From the NCBI GenBank assembly GCA_044892525.1, contig CM097885.1, positions 10,232,001-10,296,000 on the forward strand: DNA of 64,000 nt, written 5' to 3'. Below are positions 19,401 through 26,286 of the stretch, piece after piece; the first letter of the stretch is position 1; each line of letters opens with the position of its first letter. The notes beneath the pieces are model-generated. The model had not been told where the DNA came from. It was given only the letters and a program-made list of their open reading frames with translations, and made no database searches. A program made the translations under genes and the position numbers. The stretch comes from Schmidtea polychroa (lineage: Eukaryota).

Positions 19401-20192
19401 AGACGGGAAGTGCAGATAACTATTAACCTCAACAAGAAAGGTGAAGAGGTAATTACAGTCAAAAACCAAGAAGGAGAACCAATCATAAGGATATGTGTAA
19501 TGGATAAGACGGGAATAATCGACTGTACAACAACACCGATAGACAAAGGTGCAGACGTCAAAATGGAGACAGGAAAACGAAAAGAACGATACCAAGTATG
19601 TATCCTTAAGAAAGGAAGAGGAACCAGCGTATGTCAACCAATAACTCAACAAAAACCCCAATTAATAAACATACCGTGGATACCCCGAGATCAAGAAGGG
19701 GGAGAGAAACGGGAAAATCACAGTCACCTAACAGAAAAAGAGAAGGAGCGATTACATCAAGCATTCAAGAAAATCAAAGCACCAGAAACAAATACCACAG
19801 GTAGTACAATATTAACGACAGAAAAAACAAACAAGGGAACAACGATAATCACAAAGATGATATGGATAACTAGCGCGATAGTAAGCACGGTAATAGCGTT
19901 AGCAGTGATTCAATGGATAAGAACCACCAAAAGATGTAAACAAAAACCGAGAAACCGAAGAAAATGGCCCAAGGTAGAAAAATTTGAATACGGTATTCCA
20001 ACAGAAAATCTGAATCTAGAAGAATACGAGGTGGTAGAGGATCCCGGATCCAGCGGATTGTGGATGTCGGAACTACCAAGAATACCCACACCTAACGAAT
20101 GGACACACGAAGTCGATATATACCGACTAACGGACGAAAGATATGGGGGAATGCGCACGCTGCATTCCGGCCCCATGGCGACACTGGTATAA
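7440..20192 (+). CDS. pol: Giant Env/Pol polyprotein, in frame with gag after a single TAG
   Basis: Open from 7440 to 20192 in the gag frame; DTG protease, YIDD RT, DASG RNase H, HHCC and DDE integrase, plus extra domains. Confidence 0.95.
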   Translation, partial: QCVNNDGSEPIINKEIKTTKENEIDPRTELSSEEKIQLIKEFTKEEKERRQKRDESKDEPKSNEIVTKNRIQRVLLQKIEDRIKNENPTLTEEQIKEKVKEHWFRKNEWFEKKEPHTKAKINMLRQMRSDQTDQEDEKSEVSSLGGELFQSSEENNEPKTPPNSETPQSSEESENDDMKSMIEKDEEEIFEEILDTVTEIERNESYINELTYRKCLKLITQVYQCEGGIITAAWKDLATKYKEKLKEAGPDQYQVSIQHPEIQIQTIELKGTNTDELYNWVQEKMGTSHKNKQLYVDGYKVKMGIHLVDAMIWPNETNILTLEKTRDDDSVAEMFKKIQQVFNNEVEPELEKIERKIRKENQIILVKQAIDQTRKYINRLRERWPQLMKQFVKDVRDTEIMRFEDKRATELISKYGEYERTKCEHETIKIKVKLPNEEKQIIEVNPDCQVDELVQIIDQEIIQKARENSEDGMIEDVIIMYNRHMLERGDRTVIYELGIWEDGAVINIIAMDEPSGGHKNATKTEQQIKRFQWGMRAKMDRIIDIYNHWLKDDKLKLAAFNDEDCKLIPWKKVWIESEARWEWEQQKLEPNWIDNIPEEIAAVWVREKPIDTYQDILPQEFQNELPSGEDEEIREPVRLAPFTWKIENWMGKIKSAKEEKITRLVSPPFYSGLGEYKMKLRIYPNRDGIGKGNYVSAFFAICKGNYDDKVPWPFSRKVTIAIEPLKDSLNMHKETLKPDPRSACYQRPTTSENIASGTPKLIRLSYIENEQSKFVKNNAIQIRVEVETEQEMNQRLNIPENQPRICMMRRRVPDSGHLPIDADADEEEAATLLEAQKCKELMEILQNGAKNRRRAVVELAKWIAESCKRIQNLRKIVKAIEEYRRVYVWYPEQFGEIIRKWKQQEWAENSPEKYQLKIFMPDFEPMEKEFYTTAKVREVKKRIPYELPFHLQHEGRSLDDDIEIGVTPLQGEIVNRLTVSKIAGRELRGREIKQKSSTQQPGSLDTPEVPNAVSEVTIETTGEDEILDELQEIVEAGEIMRASQSGDLFIDEGEPTTDDLDGFVCAQRQPVETTEAETDLDNGERGANKDVTTTDEWSNWRVDPGATTSKDTTYNPPKRKDTGTAMDRRTRGRPKTDKAEIEPKSKVQAQMEQVKTKMDKLSALVKQVKVKTSVREQGTRWINDLLANMLALANPDVKRVMRKDNIPTEAKQLWAVLKPIIMKIMDNKIRLTLKDPVELRLIVEHLLSRSEDQNRFLVGLAYLVYNVIGQYKKRMPKYNATGYEFTVTEIIKRSIEPYILEQGGWSSFIESTGKKDQTEMMQAKLRDLLTEFEGTINMNDPRASRKGMNAIITTILIWMMCIKGTESFAVYDCDNIKIHEKYSLKDTEDCKAANPRKLQTVMASVTYNVYQEADFIKTMVQECTVTRKIFAHHCGSSSHSTIIEPGLESTVILLSREECEEGFRSGRIHLRQGIEIAAEPGKIKTTRVYTAGRITKGDGTCETGTYTLNGQLVSGVVVIESYEAKLEKYQGYFDPDTQAMKKYPSCLASDRSCSTGMSTLVYHADQKVCRLMLLKTAIFEEIQGKVYSEPKGEAERRAMEELRARKGFREDVITSKLESEVTPTAIISKDDGIGMRFIKNKMVSKCDEMVISTNYKGIYLSRRTLANAVGRLSEKDVKLYLYANNKMDFLYHRGLTSTEKVYHDLLRNDCLLNKEILRTKLAMAITNPDNAIPLLPLQEGYFGRIVGEVMYTYQCKKIMARLPENPIIPRDKCANELEIIHEGKPRFVQAVTRIMNPVGFQPNLFNCSNAYGPMYEKEDGQWVQFPSKTIVVTPKKFGLTELTTELEFKPIDVSQSGLYTPKDLESARAHMLFPAQRQAILSNIVIISGGNNYGESPNYELLLSPSHYQQATANMMKAMWGRFLIFGQMMAGILGIILIIQIVRVILTQMLACFDIYKRERKVNWKLAIGFLPFLAKTMVLHGHSKDIHRIKRLLKILTQMKGTDEEVGRKFKVIMRLEAERTQEKAKGTGKWKKWMNLRRDDDSDNDNDDFDDDDNNQGGAMLINKNTATWENEKMKPWGSPYSQAPYLQAPTNGPMRRPGTMRERIRMGTGRLPIPNIYPTAYEPNWAAMDPTMIKQAKSVEQEVETRTIAVLQTPAGPSLTITVEVNGIEMDAMIDTGANISAINMNMLPGRLWPCIEETTMDVITCSKQSIAVVGRVWSTIEYKGVKVTTYLAVIRQLSVSCIIGTDVMPELLKEIVIDLSSMKLKDKTGQICTMRTEVRCSEKMIIPARTQTICYVKVDNGAKGDMIFEPSQKFEKRRELPLAREIVSINEDNEIPINITNFDEEDKVIYENERLGKLTPMMNIELPEIKSEGADEKELWTIDSELLNEDEKEQLRQLLIEFKDIFAASDLDLGTSDVTQHIIPLTDETPITLRPYRLAEAQKTVAEEEVQKMLDAGVIEPSCSPWQFPVVMVKKKDGTQRFCIDYRRLNAVTKRDTYPLPDINEMLQMLHGAAYFTSLDLKSGYWQIKVKEEDREKTAFTIGKDLYQFKKMPFGLTNAPASFQRCMNFVTHGIKQCMVYIDDLLIYSGTFEQHLIDIRNVFVRLKQWKLKLKPSKCDWAKERVTFLGHIVSAKGKEPDPRNVEKIKNCPIPKTVTQVQEFLGLCGYYRKFIKNYATIAKPIQELTKKDTSFLWEREQQIAFESLRDKLIASPILIHPDFKKPFLLATDASGYASGAVLGQWDEEKRERVIGYYSKTFKKHEKNYSVTEREALAIIQAIKHFKYLLWGHEIIITTDHQPLVWLGQHKEASSRLMRWAMQLQEYSPYIKFKSGKANANADCMSRFVFEELMDHDVRRICMIIAEDIDFTNLKNEQKEDSELKLIIEFLEKNDMKIFNNDDRLKEHMEKNRHRYTIEKGWLLVMDGDKRLMCLPESRRKEIMIQYHDGKLGGHMSAKKTEARLKQKYYWPKMSDDVKEWIKNCLICATRRTTGSKLKPPLKPMPIPPEPMTMIAMDVVGPLPETNSGNVYILVITDYLTKFPEAFAMPDQKARTVARILVEEICCRYGTPKQILTDQGTNFMSEIINEVTNYFRIAKLRTSPYHPQTNGQTERFNGILIDMMSNYVSKHQKDWDEYIKLCLMAYRMSIHSATKMSPFKLMYGRECNMPMDLEYQPPISQYMEIDDYVTKFKERMQEIWKTAGMNIRFNQESYKELHDKKKNVQNHQFKVGDWVIIETPELIPGTTKKLQRNGRGPYEIIYVNENNARVKLVNNPLIRPIYVNTCRCKAVAKTATKDPETRKIITRSQTNVTTEPEVSGRLTRSQTRRIFMLRRETSSSANKGTETESEADAMARSQATWNMTVKIAREIVPEWANITNKYQVLGKLMRVAERYAKGRRNAEGVQVPTQMYELVRRLPIMFLTSDLSNNWPIHHAVKAGQEKRALEIIRIMENCKQSTNVKNSKGKTPLMKAIAIGASRKVLRELLRTGATLKEKDNKQRTILRYAVKSKRPSILSFITGNATTEEAEVLGQSIEPILEAIRGNLDRTAAMLIKWKQNELRAEVIDINQFQNNENIVLRSAIYSRPPMPKTIKAILQRNRTELTGNWWKCTKTHAMKKQLEILVWEWQRKQRKYQGTKEERESIHNDKKEIIKKYEEMIKAANVEDDIFGKTPGERNDDDDDDERMGDNDNNPEENDREQNPEGGETTGDDEELEEDEEDQCRGEDQGFDKTENKKRKSPLHSIVCRNQIQPILLQRIFIILTSICLTETKNMRIVREASQEGEVFMIKVSDYDGNAVGICVQLMEGTGVSCDFRSITKGKIFSSQKRDPRLCGDYDICKDISTEEMELERANETGVHFQLNILEEGIEIEDKGSRSITHVCIREDRDICIVTDMTQHHKFFWGEVKPNTPTVVCAGTQGIVVCKGTRTAPRKDKPKSMAMKQDPLRGITTKKPNKSVSTKTATEQNQTELITTTTWINEVIKDERREVQITINLNKKGEEVITVKNQEGEPIIRICVMDKTGIIDCTTTPIDKGADVKMETGKRKERYQVCILKKGRGTSVCQPITQQKPQLINIPWIPRDQEGGEKRENHSHLTEKEKERLHQAFKKIKAPETNTTGSTILTTEKTNKGTTIITKMIWITSAIVSTVIALAVIQWIRTTKRCKQKPRNRRKWPKVEKFEYGIPTENLNLEEYEVVEDPGSSGLWMSELPRIPTPNEWTHEVDIYRLTDERYGGMRTLHSGPMATLV
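8196..8972 (+). other. Two ubiquitin-like (beta-grasp) domains in the polyprotein
   Basis: YQVSIQHP..IELK..TDELYNWVQEKMG...QLYVDG and IKIKVKLPNEEKQIIEVNPDCQVDEL...IIMYNRHMLE...YELGI..GAVINII follow the ubiquitin pattern. Confidence 0.55.
9360..9800 (+). other. TRAF-type MATH domain in the polyprotein
   Basis: FTWKIEN...SPPFYS...YKMKLRIYPN.DG.GKGNYVSAFFAICKGNYDDKVPWPF. Confidence 0.9.
10179..10376 (+). other. Third ubiquitin-like domain (degenerate)
   Basis: YQLKIF...TAKVREVKKRI...LQHEGRSLDDD resembles ubiquitin TIENVKAKI...LIFAGKQLEDG. Confidence 0.45.
10980..11375 (+). other. Bcl-2-like domain
   Basis: BH2-like IEPYILEQGGWSSF preceded by a BH1-like NRFLVGLAY in a helical region. Confidence 0.7.
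11481..13385 (+). other. env: Envelope-like glycoprotein (chuvirus-G / class III-like) embedded upstream of the protease
   Basis: Signal peptide MNAIITTILIWMMCIKGTES then FAVYDC; Cys-rich ectodomain; GEVMYTYQC and SGLYTPKDL motifs; TM FLIFGQMMAGILGIILIIQIVRVIL. Confidence 0.8.
13920..17320 (+). other. Aspartic protease, reverse transcriptase, RNase H and integrase (with GPY/F module)
   Basis: MIDTGA at about 13970; PFGLTNAPASFQ; YIDD at 15192; TDASG; TDHQPL; H..H..CLIC; DVVGP; TDQGTNF; ERFN; GPY at about 17208. Confidence 0.98.
17727..18240 (+). other. Ankyrin repeats C-terminal to integrase
   Basis: WPIHHAVKAG, NVKNSKGKTPLMKAI...LLRTGA, KDNKQRTILRYAV. Confidence 0.85.
18702..20192 (+). other. 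Second predicted type-I membrane protein at the polyprotein C-terminus
   Basis: Signal-like ILLQRIFIILTSICL; repeated (I/V)C-x7-10-C units; Thr-rich stalk; TM MIWITSAIVSTVIALAVIQWI at 19857 followed by a basic stop-transfer stretch. Confidence 0.6.
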
Positions 20193-20338
20193 CGAGAAGA
20201 GGAGTTGCTGTAAATAATGTATAAATGAAATGATAAAAGTAGTGATAATAGTAGTAGTATGTACAAATAAAAATAGAAAATTAAAACAATATGTAGAAAA
20301 TCAAAAACAAGTATGATGACCATGTATTATAAATAGGA

Positions 20339-20779
20339 ATGAACCAGAGAAACGAAGAGCAAGAACACCCAAATGGGATACCACATGTTGTTGAAGTAAG
20401 AGAACAGCCGTTAATGAATGTACATCCAGTAGACATGATGGAAATGAACGTGCCAAACCAGCCGAGTCAGCCAACAGGATCCATGTGGAGGGCACAGTGT
20501 GAATTAATGACCCAATTGACAAATCAAACTCAAGAGCAAACGGCGTTGATAGAGAGTATTAATAGAAATGCAATATATATTACAAAAATAGAGGAACAAC
20601 ACCAAATAATCGCGCAACTAGAATACAATAACAATCAGTTAATAAGCCAAATCAGATGGCAAGCGGAAGAAATTAGAAGGTTACACGAAAATCGACAACA
20701 TGATGATATTGCCAGTCTAGTCGAATGGATGACCGGGCTACCAGGAACTGGGGAACCGGACTCGACGGTGGATGTATAG
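20339..20779 (+). CDS. Accessory coiled-coil protein, unknown function
   Basis: 146-aa ORF with an acceptor just before the ATG; Q/E-rich heptads. Confidence 0.7.
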   Translation: MNQRNEEQEHPNGIPHVVEVREQPLMNVHPVDMMEMNVPNQPSQPTGSMWRAQCELMTQLTNQTQEQTALIESINRNAIYITKIEEQHQIIAQLEYNNNQLISQIRWQAEEIRRLHENRQHDDIASLVEWMTGLPGTGEPDSTVDV

Positions 20780-20866
20780 GAGAGAGAGGAGTAAAATGTA
20801 AATAACCTTGTAAATAAATAGAGTATAACCAAGTAGAATCCCAAGATTTAAAGTTATCATTGTAGA

Positions 20867-22291
20867 ATGCAAAACAAAGCAGAAGAAAACCGGAGAGAAG
20901 CAGAGGAACAAAAGATTAACTATGAGTTGATGAGAAAATACCAAGCCGAGCCGGACGAGTTCGAAGAGAGATTATTATGTGCCGATACAGCATGTAGAAG
21001 ATTATTAATTGGAGCAAGTCAAACTCGATGCGGGTGTAGATTGTGCCGAGGGTGTGATATAAGATTAGCCAGACTAAAGCGAGAAACTTGTCCAGGATGT
21101 GGAGAAGCATTTAAGTTGGTTCCCACTGGTACGATACCGGATAGAGCAATGAACCGAGAAATCAGAGAAGTGAAAATAAGATGCACCCAAAGGTCATGCG
21201 AATGGACAGGTCGAGTAAAGGAGTTAAGAGCCCACACAGACGTATGCGAATATTTAGAATCGGAATGCGAAGCATGCACGGTAAAGTTTTTACGAAAAGA
21301 GAAAACCAAACATAAAGGAGAATGCGAAGCGCGAACGGAAAAATGTGAATTTTGCGGAGAAACTGCTAATTGGAGAGAGATCGAAATGGAACATCGAAAC
21401 GCAGTAGAAAGACGGATTTGCGACGAATACACAGGGAGATGCCCAAACGAGTGTGGAGAGATTAACGACGTCAGATTAAATGAACATTGGGAGATATGCA
21501 CGAGAAAAGCGATAAAATGCCCAATGGTGACATTCGATTGTAGAGTACAATTACCAACAGAAGAAATGAAGAAGCATGTGGAGGAGAATACATTCGAGCA
21601 CATGCAAAAGATGATGAGAGCAATAGAGTTAACAGCAAGGGCAATCGAAGACGTCAAAGACGAACTCAAATCACATAAAATCATGATAAAAGAAATGCTG
21701 AGCTCACAGGAAAGCTTCGAAAATACGAGAGAAGCCGTAACACAAAGGATGTTGAAATTAGACGACAAATTAGTCGAAGTAACTAAACTACAAACCAAAT
21801 GGATGGCAAAGGAACTGACAACAGAGGAACTACCAATACTACCATACATGTGGAAAATCCAAGGAATAACGGAAATAATGGAGCAAGCAAAGCAAGGAAT
21901 CCAGACAACGATAGTGAGCAAACCATTCTACGCCAAGAAACATGGATACAAGATGAAATTGAGATGGTTTCCAAATGGTGAAGGAAAGTTCAAAGATCGG
22001 TGCATGTCCATATATATGCAAATTTGTAAAGGAGATTTTGACGACCTAATAGCATGGCCATTCCGACATAGATTAAAAATATCTCTCTTAGGAGCAAAAA
22101 AGACACATATAATGTGTTTTCGAGCATCCAGTCCAGCAGGGAATAAACCGATTACAGAGGTTAATCCTGCGGTAGGAGTAGCAGAGTTTATGCAGCTATA
22201 CCAATTTAATGAAGGGTCCTACATAGAAAAGGACACTATATTCTTCCTAATCGAACTAGATGAGGAAGGACCAACAATAGAAATACGATAG
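20867..22291 (+). CDS. Full-length TRAF-like protein (RING, TRAF zinc fingers, coiled coil, MATH)
   Basis: C..C..CGCRLCRGC...CPGC RING; CEWTGRVKELRAH..C and CEFC zinc fingers; YMWKI...SKPFY...GYKMKLRWFPNG...KGDFDDLIAWPF MATH. Confidence 0.92.
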   Translation: MQNKAEENRREAEEQKINYELMRKYQAEPDEFEERLLCADTACRRLLIGASQTRCGCRLCRGCDIRLARLKRETCPGCGEAFKLVPTGTIPDRAMNREIREVKIRCTQRSCEWTGRVKELRAHTDVCEYLESECEACTVKFLRKEKTKHKGECEARTEKCEFCGETANWREIEMEHRNAVERRICDEYTGRCPNECGEINDVRLNEHWEICTRKAIKCPMVTFDCRVQLPTEEMKKHVEENTFEHMQKMMRAIELTARAIEDVKDELKSHKIMIKEMLSSQESFENTREAVTQRMLKLDDKLVEVTKLQTKWMAKELTTEELPILPYMWKIQGITEIMEQAKQGIQTTIVSKPFYAKKHGYKMKLRWFPNGEGKFKDRCMSIYMQICKGDFDDLIAWPFRHRLKISLLGAKKTHIMCFRASSPAGNKPITEVNPAVGVAEFMQLYQFNEGSYIEKDTIFFLIELDEEGPTIEIR

Positions 22292-22431
22292 ACGGATAGA
22301 AGGGAACTGTAAATATTTTGTAAAAACGATGTAAAGTAAAAATAAAGTTATTGTATACAGTAAAGTAACTTGCCAAAACCATAAAAATTAGAAAAAGAAA
22401 ATGTAAAAAGAAATGATGAAATTTATTATAG

Positions 22432-23610
22432 ATGATTAATCAAGAGAAACCGAATATCCGAAAGAAAACGATCACAATGAGAGAGGAAGAGGACAATATG
22501 TCACCTAGAGAAAGAGTGAAGGATGCGGAAGTCAACAAAACAAAACCAAGTAGTTACACATATTATCGAAGAAGGGGAAACGATTATAATTTGGTACATG
22601 AAAATTTGAAACTGGGAGATAATGAACAATTCAGATGTGAGAACCAGAGATATCTGTCATTTGAACATCAGACCATTTTCACCAAGGAACAGAGCCGAGC
22701 GCTAGCACGCGACGGATTTTTCTTCTCCGGAAAACCAGAGATACCCGATCAAGTAACGTGTCGTTTCTGTAAAGGGAAATTAGCAGAATGGAAAAAAGGA
22801 GAGCACCCAAAGGAGGAACATCGTAAACGATTTCCAACTTGTCTATTCGTACTGGGATTCGATGTACACAACAAACCGGAAATCAAATATGAAGCCTTGG
22901 AGAAATTGAAAACTGAAGACGAAAAAGGAGGGAAAATGAGCATCGCGATAACCAGAATCGTTGATGAGTATGTTCCAACTTGTGAAGGGGAATTCCTCAC
23001 GCAAATAGCAGATAATAGAATGAAAACGTTCGGAGATGATACGAGAGGACCTGAATTAGCAATAAGAGGGTTCTACCTAACAGAAAATCAAATACTAAAG
23101 TGTGAAAGATGCGAAAGTCAACAGAGATTACCAGAAGAAGGCATACCAGAAATTAGACATCAAGCATGGTGCCTGTACCACAACGAACAAGAAACCGAAT
23201 ACCCAGAAGTGCTAGTAACAGAGGAAGAGGTTGACGAAGTGGTAGACAAACCCAACATGTGCAGAGCGTTGAAAGCAGCCGGAATAGGCACGACAAGGGC
23301 AAAGAACATGATTAGAGAGAGACTACAGAAAAATGTACATATACCAACAACAACGTACGATATGATCAGAGCGATAACTCAGTATAGAGAAAAACCTGAA
23401 ACAAAAATAAAAGAAGAATCAATGGTCAAAGCAGCTATCTTACGAGATATCAAATGTACTATGTGTTGGGAGAGGAGTGTAGAAGTTATTCATATGCCAT
23501 GCGGACATTTGATCGCATGTGCCACATGTAGTAGAAAAGTAAAGGAATGTCCGATGTGCAGACAGAGGATTGCGCAGCGAATCAAAGGATTCCGCTACGC
23601 CGATCAATAA
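22432..23610 (+). CDS. Inhibitor of apoptosis (BIR-BIR-RING)
   Basis: BIR1 LARDGFFF...VTCRFC...W...EHRKRFPTC; shorter BIR2 RMKTF...LAIRGFY...CERC...H...C; C-terminal RING CTMC...PCGHLIACATC...CPMCR. Confidence 0.93.
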   Translation: MINQEKPNIRKKTITMREEEDNMSPRERVKDAEVNKTKPSSYTYYRRRGNDYNLVHENLKLGDNEQFRCENQRYLSFEHQTIFTKEQSRALARDGFFFSGKPEIPDQVTCRFCKGKLAEWKKGEHPKEEHRKRFPTCLFVLGFDVHNKPEIKYEALEKLKTEDEKGGKMSIAITRIVDEYVPTCEGEFLTQIADNRMKTFGDDTRGPELAIRGFYLTENQILKCERCESQQRLPEEGIPEIRHQAWCLYHNEQETEYPEVLVTEEEVDEVVDKPNMCRALKAAGIGTTRAKNMIRERLQKNVHIPTTTYDMIRAITQYREKPETKIKEESMVKAAILRDIKCTMCWERSVEVIHMPCGHLIACATCSRKVKECPMCRQRIAQRIKGFRYADQ

Positions 23611-23692
23611 CAACAATTAAAATTCCGTGTATAAAGTGTAGATAATAAATGTATGAAATAATAGTAGTAGTAATAGTGTAACTATTTAGACA

Positions 23693-25291
23693 ATGAATAA
23701 AGAATCACAAACCTATGTGGAAACCGAGATGCAACAACTCGAACAGTACAAATCCATCATACAAACATACGAAGCAGAAAGAGTAAAGAGAGAAATAGAA
23801 ATGTACAAAACCATGTATGAGAAAAAGCAACAAGAGTTAGAAGTGGAGAAGGCGGAAGCACTAGCAACAAAGGAGGAGTGGATGAAACAGGTAGAGGAAT
23901 TAACCGAGGATGTGAGAAATACCTCAACATACCAAGAATTGGAGGAAGAGCTCTCGAATTTACGAACTCAGCGGATTATGGAGATAGTTGGGTTATGCGG
24001 AGAGATAATAATGCAGAAGGCACAAATTAGGGAAGCAAAGGAGCAATACGAGGAGGAACAGCGTAAAACGGAACGAATAAAACTACAAGCGCAACAATGG
24101 AAACTAAAGTACGAAACCCTCCAGACAAGGCAGAATGATAGTCACGAACATCAAATACGGAATTACAAGGCCGAACTAGAAGAAGTAAAGGGCAAATGCG
24201 CAATGATGAAAGAAAAATGGGAAAGATGCAAAAAGACCCTAAACGAAGTCAGAGGGCAAGGGAGGAGAACACCGCATAGAGAACCAATTGTTAAAGATAA
24301 CGTATTAGAGCGAATTAACACACAAATAAAGATACAAGCCCAGAAATGGAAGTATAAATACCTAGGAAGTCAAACTCAAGTGCTCTATTGGAAAATCAGT
24401 AGCAAGGAACAACTGCGATTACGAAAAGCAGACCAAGAATTTTACGAAATAAGGGCTACACAGCGAGAAGAAGAGGAAGTAGAGTGGAGAAAACGACAGC
24501 AGAAATTTGAGGAAACCGAAGAGTGTCTCAAGCATCAAGCCCGAAAATGGAAAAAGAATTGGAAAGAAACCAAAGAGGAGTTAAGACAGTTACCAATGAA
24601 ACTGATGGAAAGAGACGAATTTAAAATGTGGGAAACGATAGAAAACCAAAAAGATGAGATCAGCCGATTGAGTAGAGAACATAGAATCAAGACGCGGACC
24701 AGCGACGGTAGACGGAGAGTCATAAAGAAACAGACTCGAGAAATAAGAAGGTATGAATACCAGGAAAAGAGATGGGAACAACAATTGACAGACCAAGATC
24801 GACAGATCCGACAATTACAAACAGAGGTAGAAGAAGCTAATCAAGAGATGAACGGATATAAAGGTATGTACACCCAAAGGGATGTGAATTGGAAGCATCA
24901 GATTGCGCTTAATGCGAAATGTAGAGAGGAGTGCGAAAAGGCAATTCAACAAGCCAAACAGGAAACCAAGATAATAAAACGATGCTTCGAAGAAAATGAA
25001 GCGAATCTGAGAGCAGAAATCGAGAAGTTGAAAATGCTTGAAAAAACCCAACGATTGGAAGAGGAATTGGATGAGATGATAGAAAACGAAAGTAGATTAA
25101 CGTTTCTGTTGGATGAAGAAATAAACATCTCAACGGAATTGCGGGAGGAAGTAGATCGGTTAAGAAGACAACCACCAATACTATTAATGCCACTCTACCC
25201 GTTCCCATTACAAGTGCCACAGCCTGCCGAAGTCACAACAGATGAAGGCTTCGAACAAAATAACGAACAAAATAACGCAACATGGAATTAG
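23693..25291 (+). CDS. Long coiled-coil accessory protein
   Basis: 532-aa E/K/Q-rich heptads with internal repeats (K.QA.KWK.KY); no ATPase motifs. Confidence 0.8.
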   Translation: MNKESQTYVETEMQQLEQYKSIIQTYEAERVKREIEMYKTMYEKKQQELEVEKAEALATKEEWMKQVEELTEDVRNTSTYQELEEELSNLRTQRIMEIVGLCGEIIMQKAQIREAKEQYEEEQRKTERIKLQAQQWKLKYETLQTRQNDSHEHQIRNYKAELEEVKGKCAMMKEKWERCKKTLNEVRGQGRRTPHREPIVKDNVLERINTQIKIQAQKWKYKYLGSQTQVLYWKISSKEQLRLRKADQEFYEIRATQREEEEVEWRKRQQKFEETEECLKHQARKWKKNWKETKEELRQLPMKLMERDEFKMWETIENQKDEISRLSREHRIKTRTSDGRRRVIKKQTREIRRYEYQEKRWEQQLTDQDRQIRQLQTEVEEANQEMNGYKGMYTQRDVNWKHQIALNAKCREECEKAIQQAKQETKIIKRCFEENEANLRAEIEKLKMLEKTQRLEEELDEMIENESRLTFLLDEEINISTELREEVDRLRRQPPILLMPLYPFPLQVPQPAEVTTDEGFEQNNEQNNATWN

Positions 25292-25444
25292 TCGGAGAGA
25301 GGTTGCCTGTAAATAAGAATGAAAAAAAAAAAAAAAAAAAAAAAATCATAAAGCCAAAACCAAATAAAAATTAGAAATTACAAAACCAAAAATTCAAAAT
25401 AAAAGGGAGACGAAAGGAAAAATGATGTGTATATTTTTGTAGAT

Positions 25445-26210
25445 ATGAATTATTTAAAAGACAGAATCAACGAGTAACGTAAGAAAATCAATTGACCAAC
25501 CTGAACAAAGCCAGAATACGATACCAATCAAACAAGAACCGATGAAATATTATAGTAATAAATGGAGAGTCAGCAAGAAGTTGTTCAAAACAAAAATCGC
25601 AAATCAAAATGTAGAGATTACGAGATTGAGACAGCATATTGTTCAATCAAGACGATTAATAAACACTGTCAAGCAGGAAATTTTGAGGGAAATAAATGAA
25701 TCGAAACTAAAAGAGACGGAAAATAAAAACTTGAGACAAGAGATAGTAGAGTTAAGAGCTCAGGCAGTAATCGAAGACTATTGGAAATCAGAAACAAGGA
25801 AGTTGAAAAAGATTGTGAATATCGACCAAGTTTATATCGAACAATTGGAAGCACAATACGCTTATGCAAAAACGAGAATGCGGGAAAGTAAAAAGGTCGA
25901 CAAGAGAAACGCAAGACTCAAGGAGGAGATCAAGGAACAAAGAGAGGAAACAGAAAAACAATGGAAGTTGAAAGAGAATTATCGGAGAATTTTAAATCAA
26001 AAACGACGAAGCATGCAAGCACTGCAGACGACAATGACCATCAGACAGAGAAAATGGAAAAGTGAAGAGAAGCGATTACAAGAAATACCAGAATTAAAGA
26101 GACAGTTGATGGCAACGCAACTCGAAGTAATAAGGATGAACGAGTTGAGTAAAAGACGAGCACCTGAACCTCCCGTAAAATTAAGGGATGAGGTCGGTGG
26201 CTCCCAATAA
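25445..26210 (+). CDS. Coiled-coil accessory protein; probable +1 frameshift near 25455-25459 (open from 25542)
   Basis: TAG|ATATG at 25440-25447; removing one A from TTAAAAG joins this ATG to the 222-aa ORF. Confidence 0.7.
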
Positions 26211-26286
26211 ATGAGATAAAATAACTGTGTAAATAAATTGTAAATAAAGCCAAGTAATTATTATTAACGTATATGTATATGTAAAG

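Noticed and set aside
21019..21921. 300-aa minus-strand ORF, and other antisense ORFs such as 26514-27239
   Set aside because: Shadows of A-rich sense coding; S/F/L/I-rich with no motifs
23693..26210. SMC or myosin identity for the coiled-coil ORFs
   Set aside because: No Walker or motor motifs; generic coiled coil only
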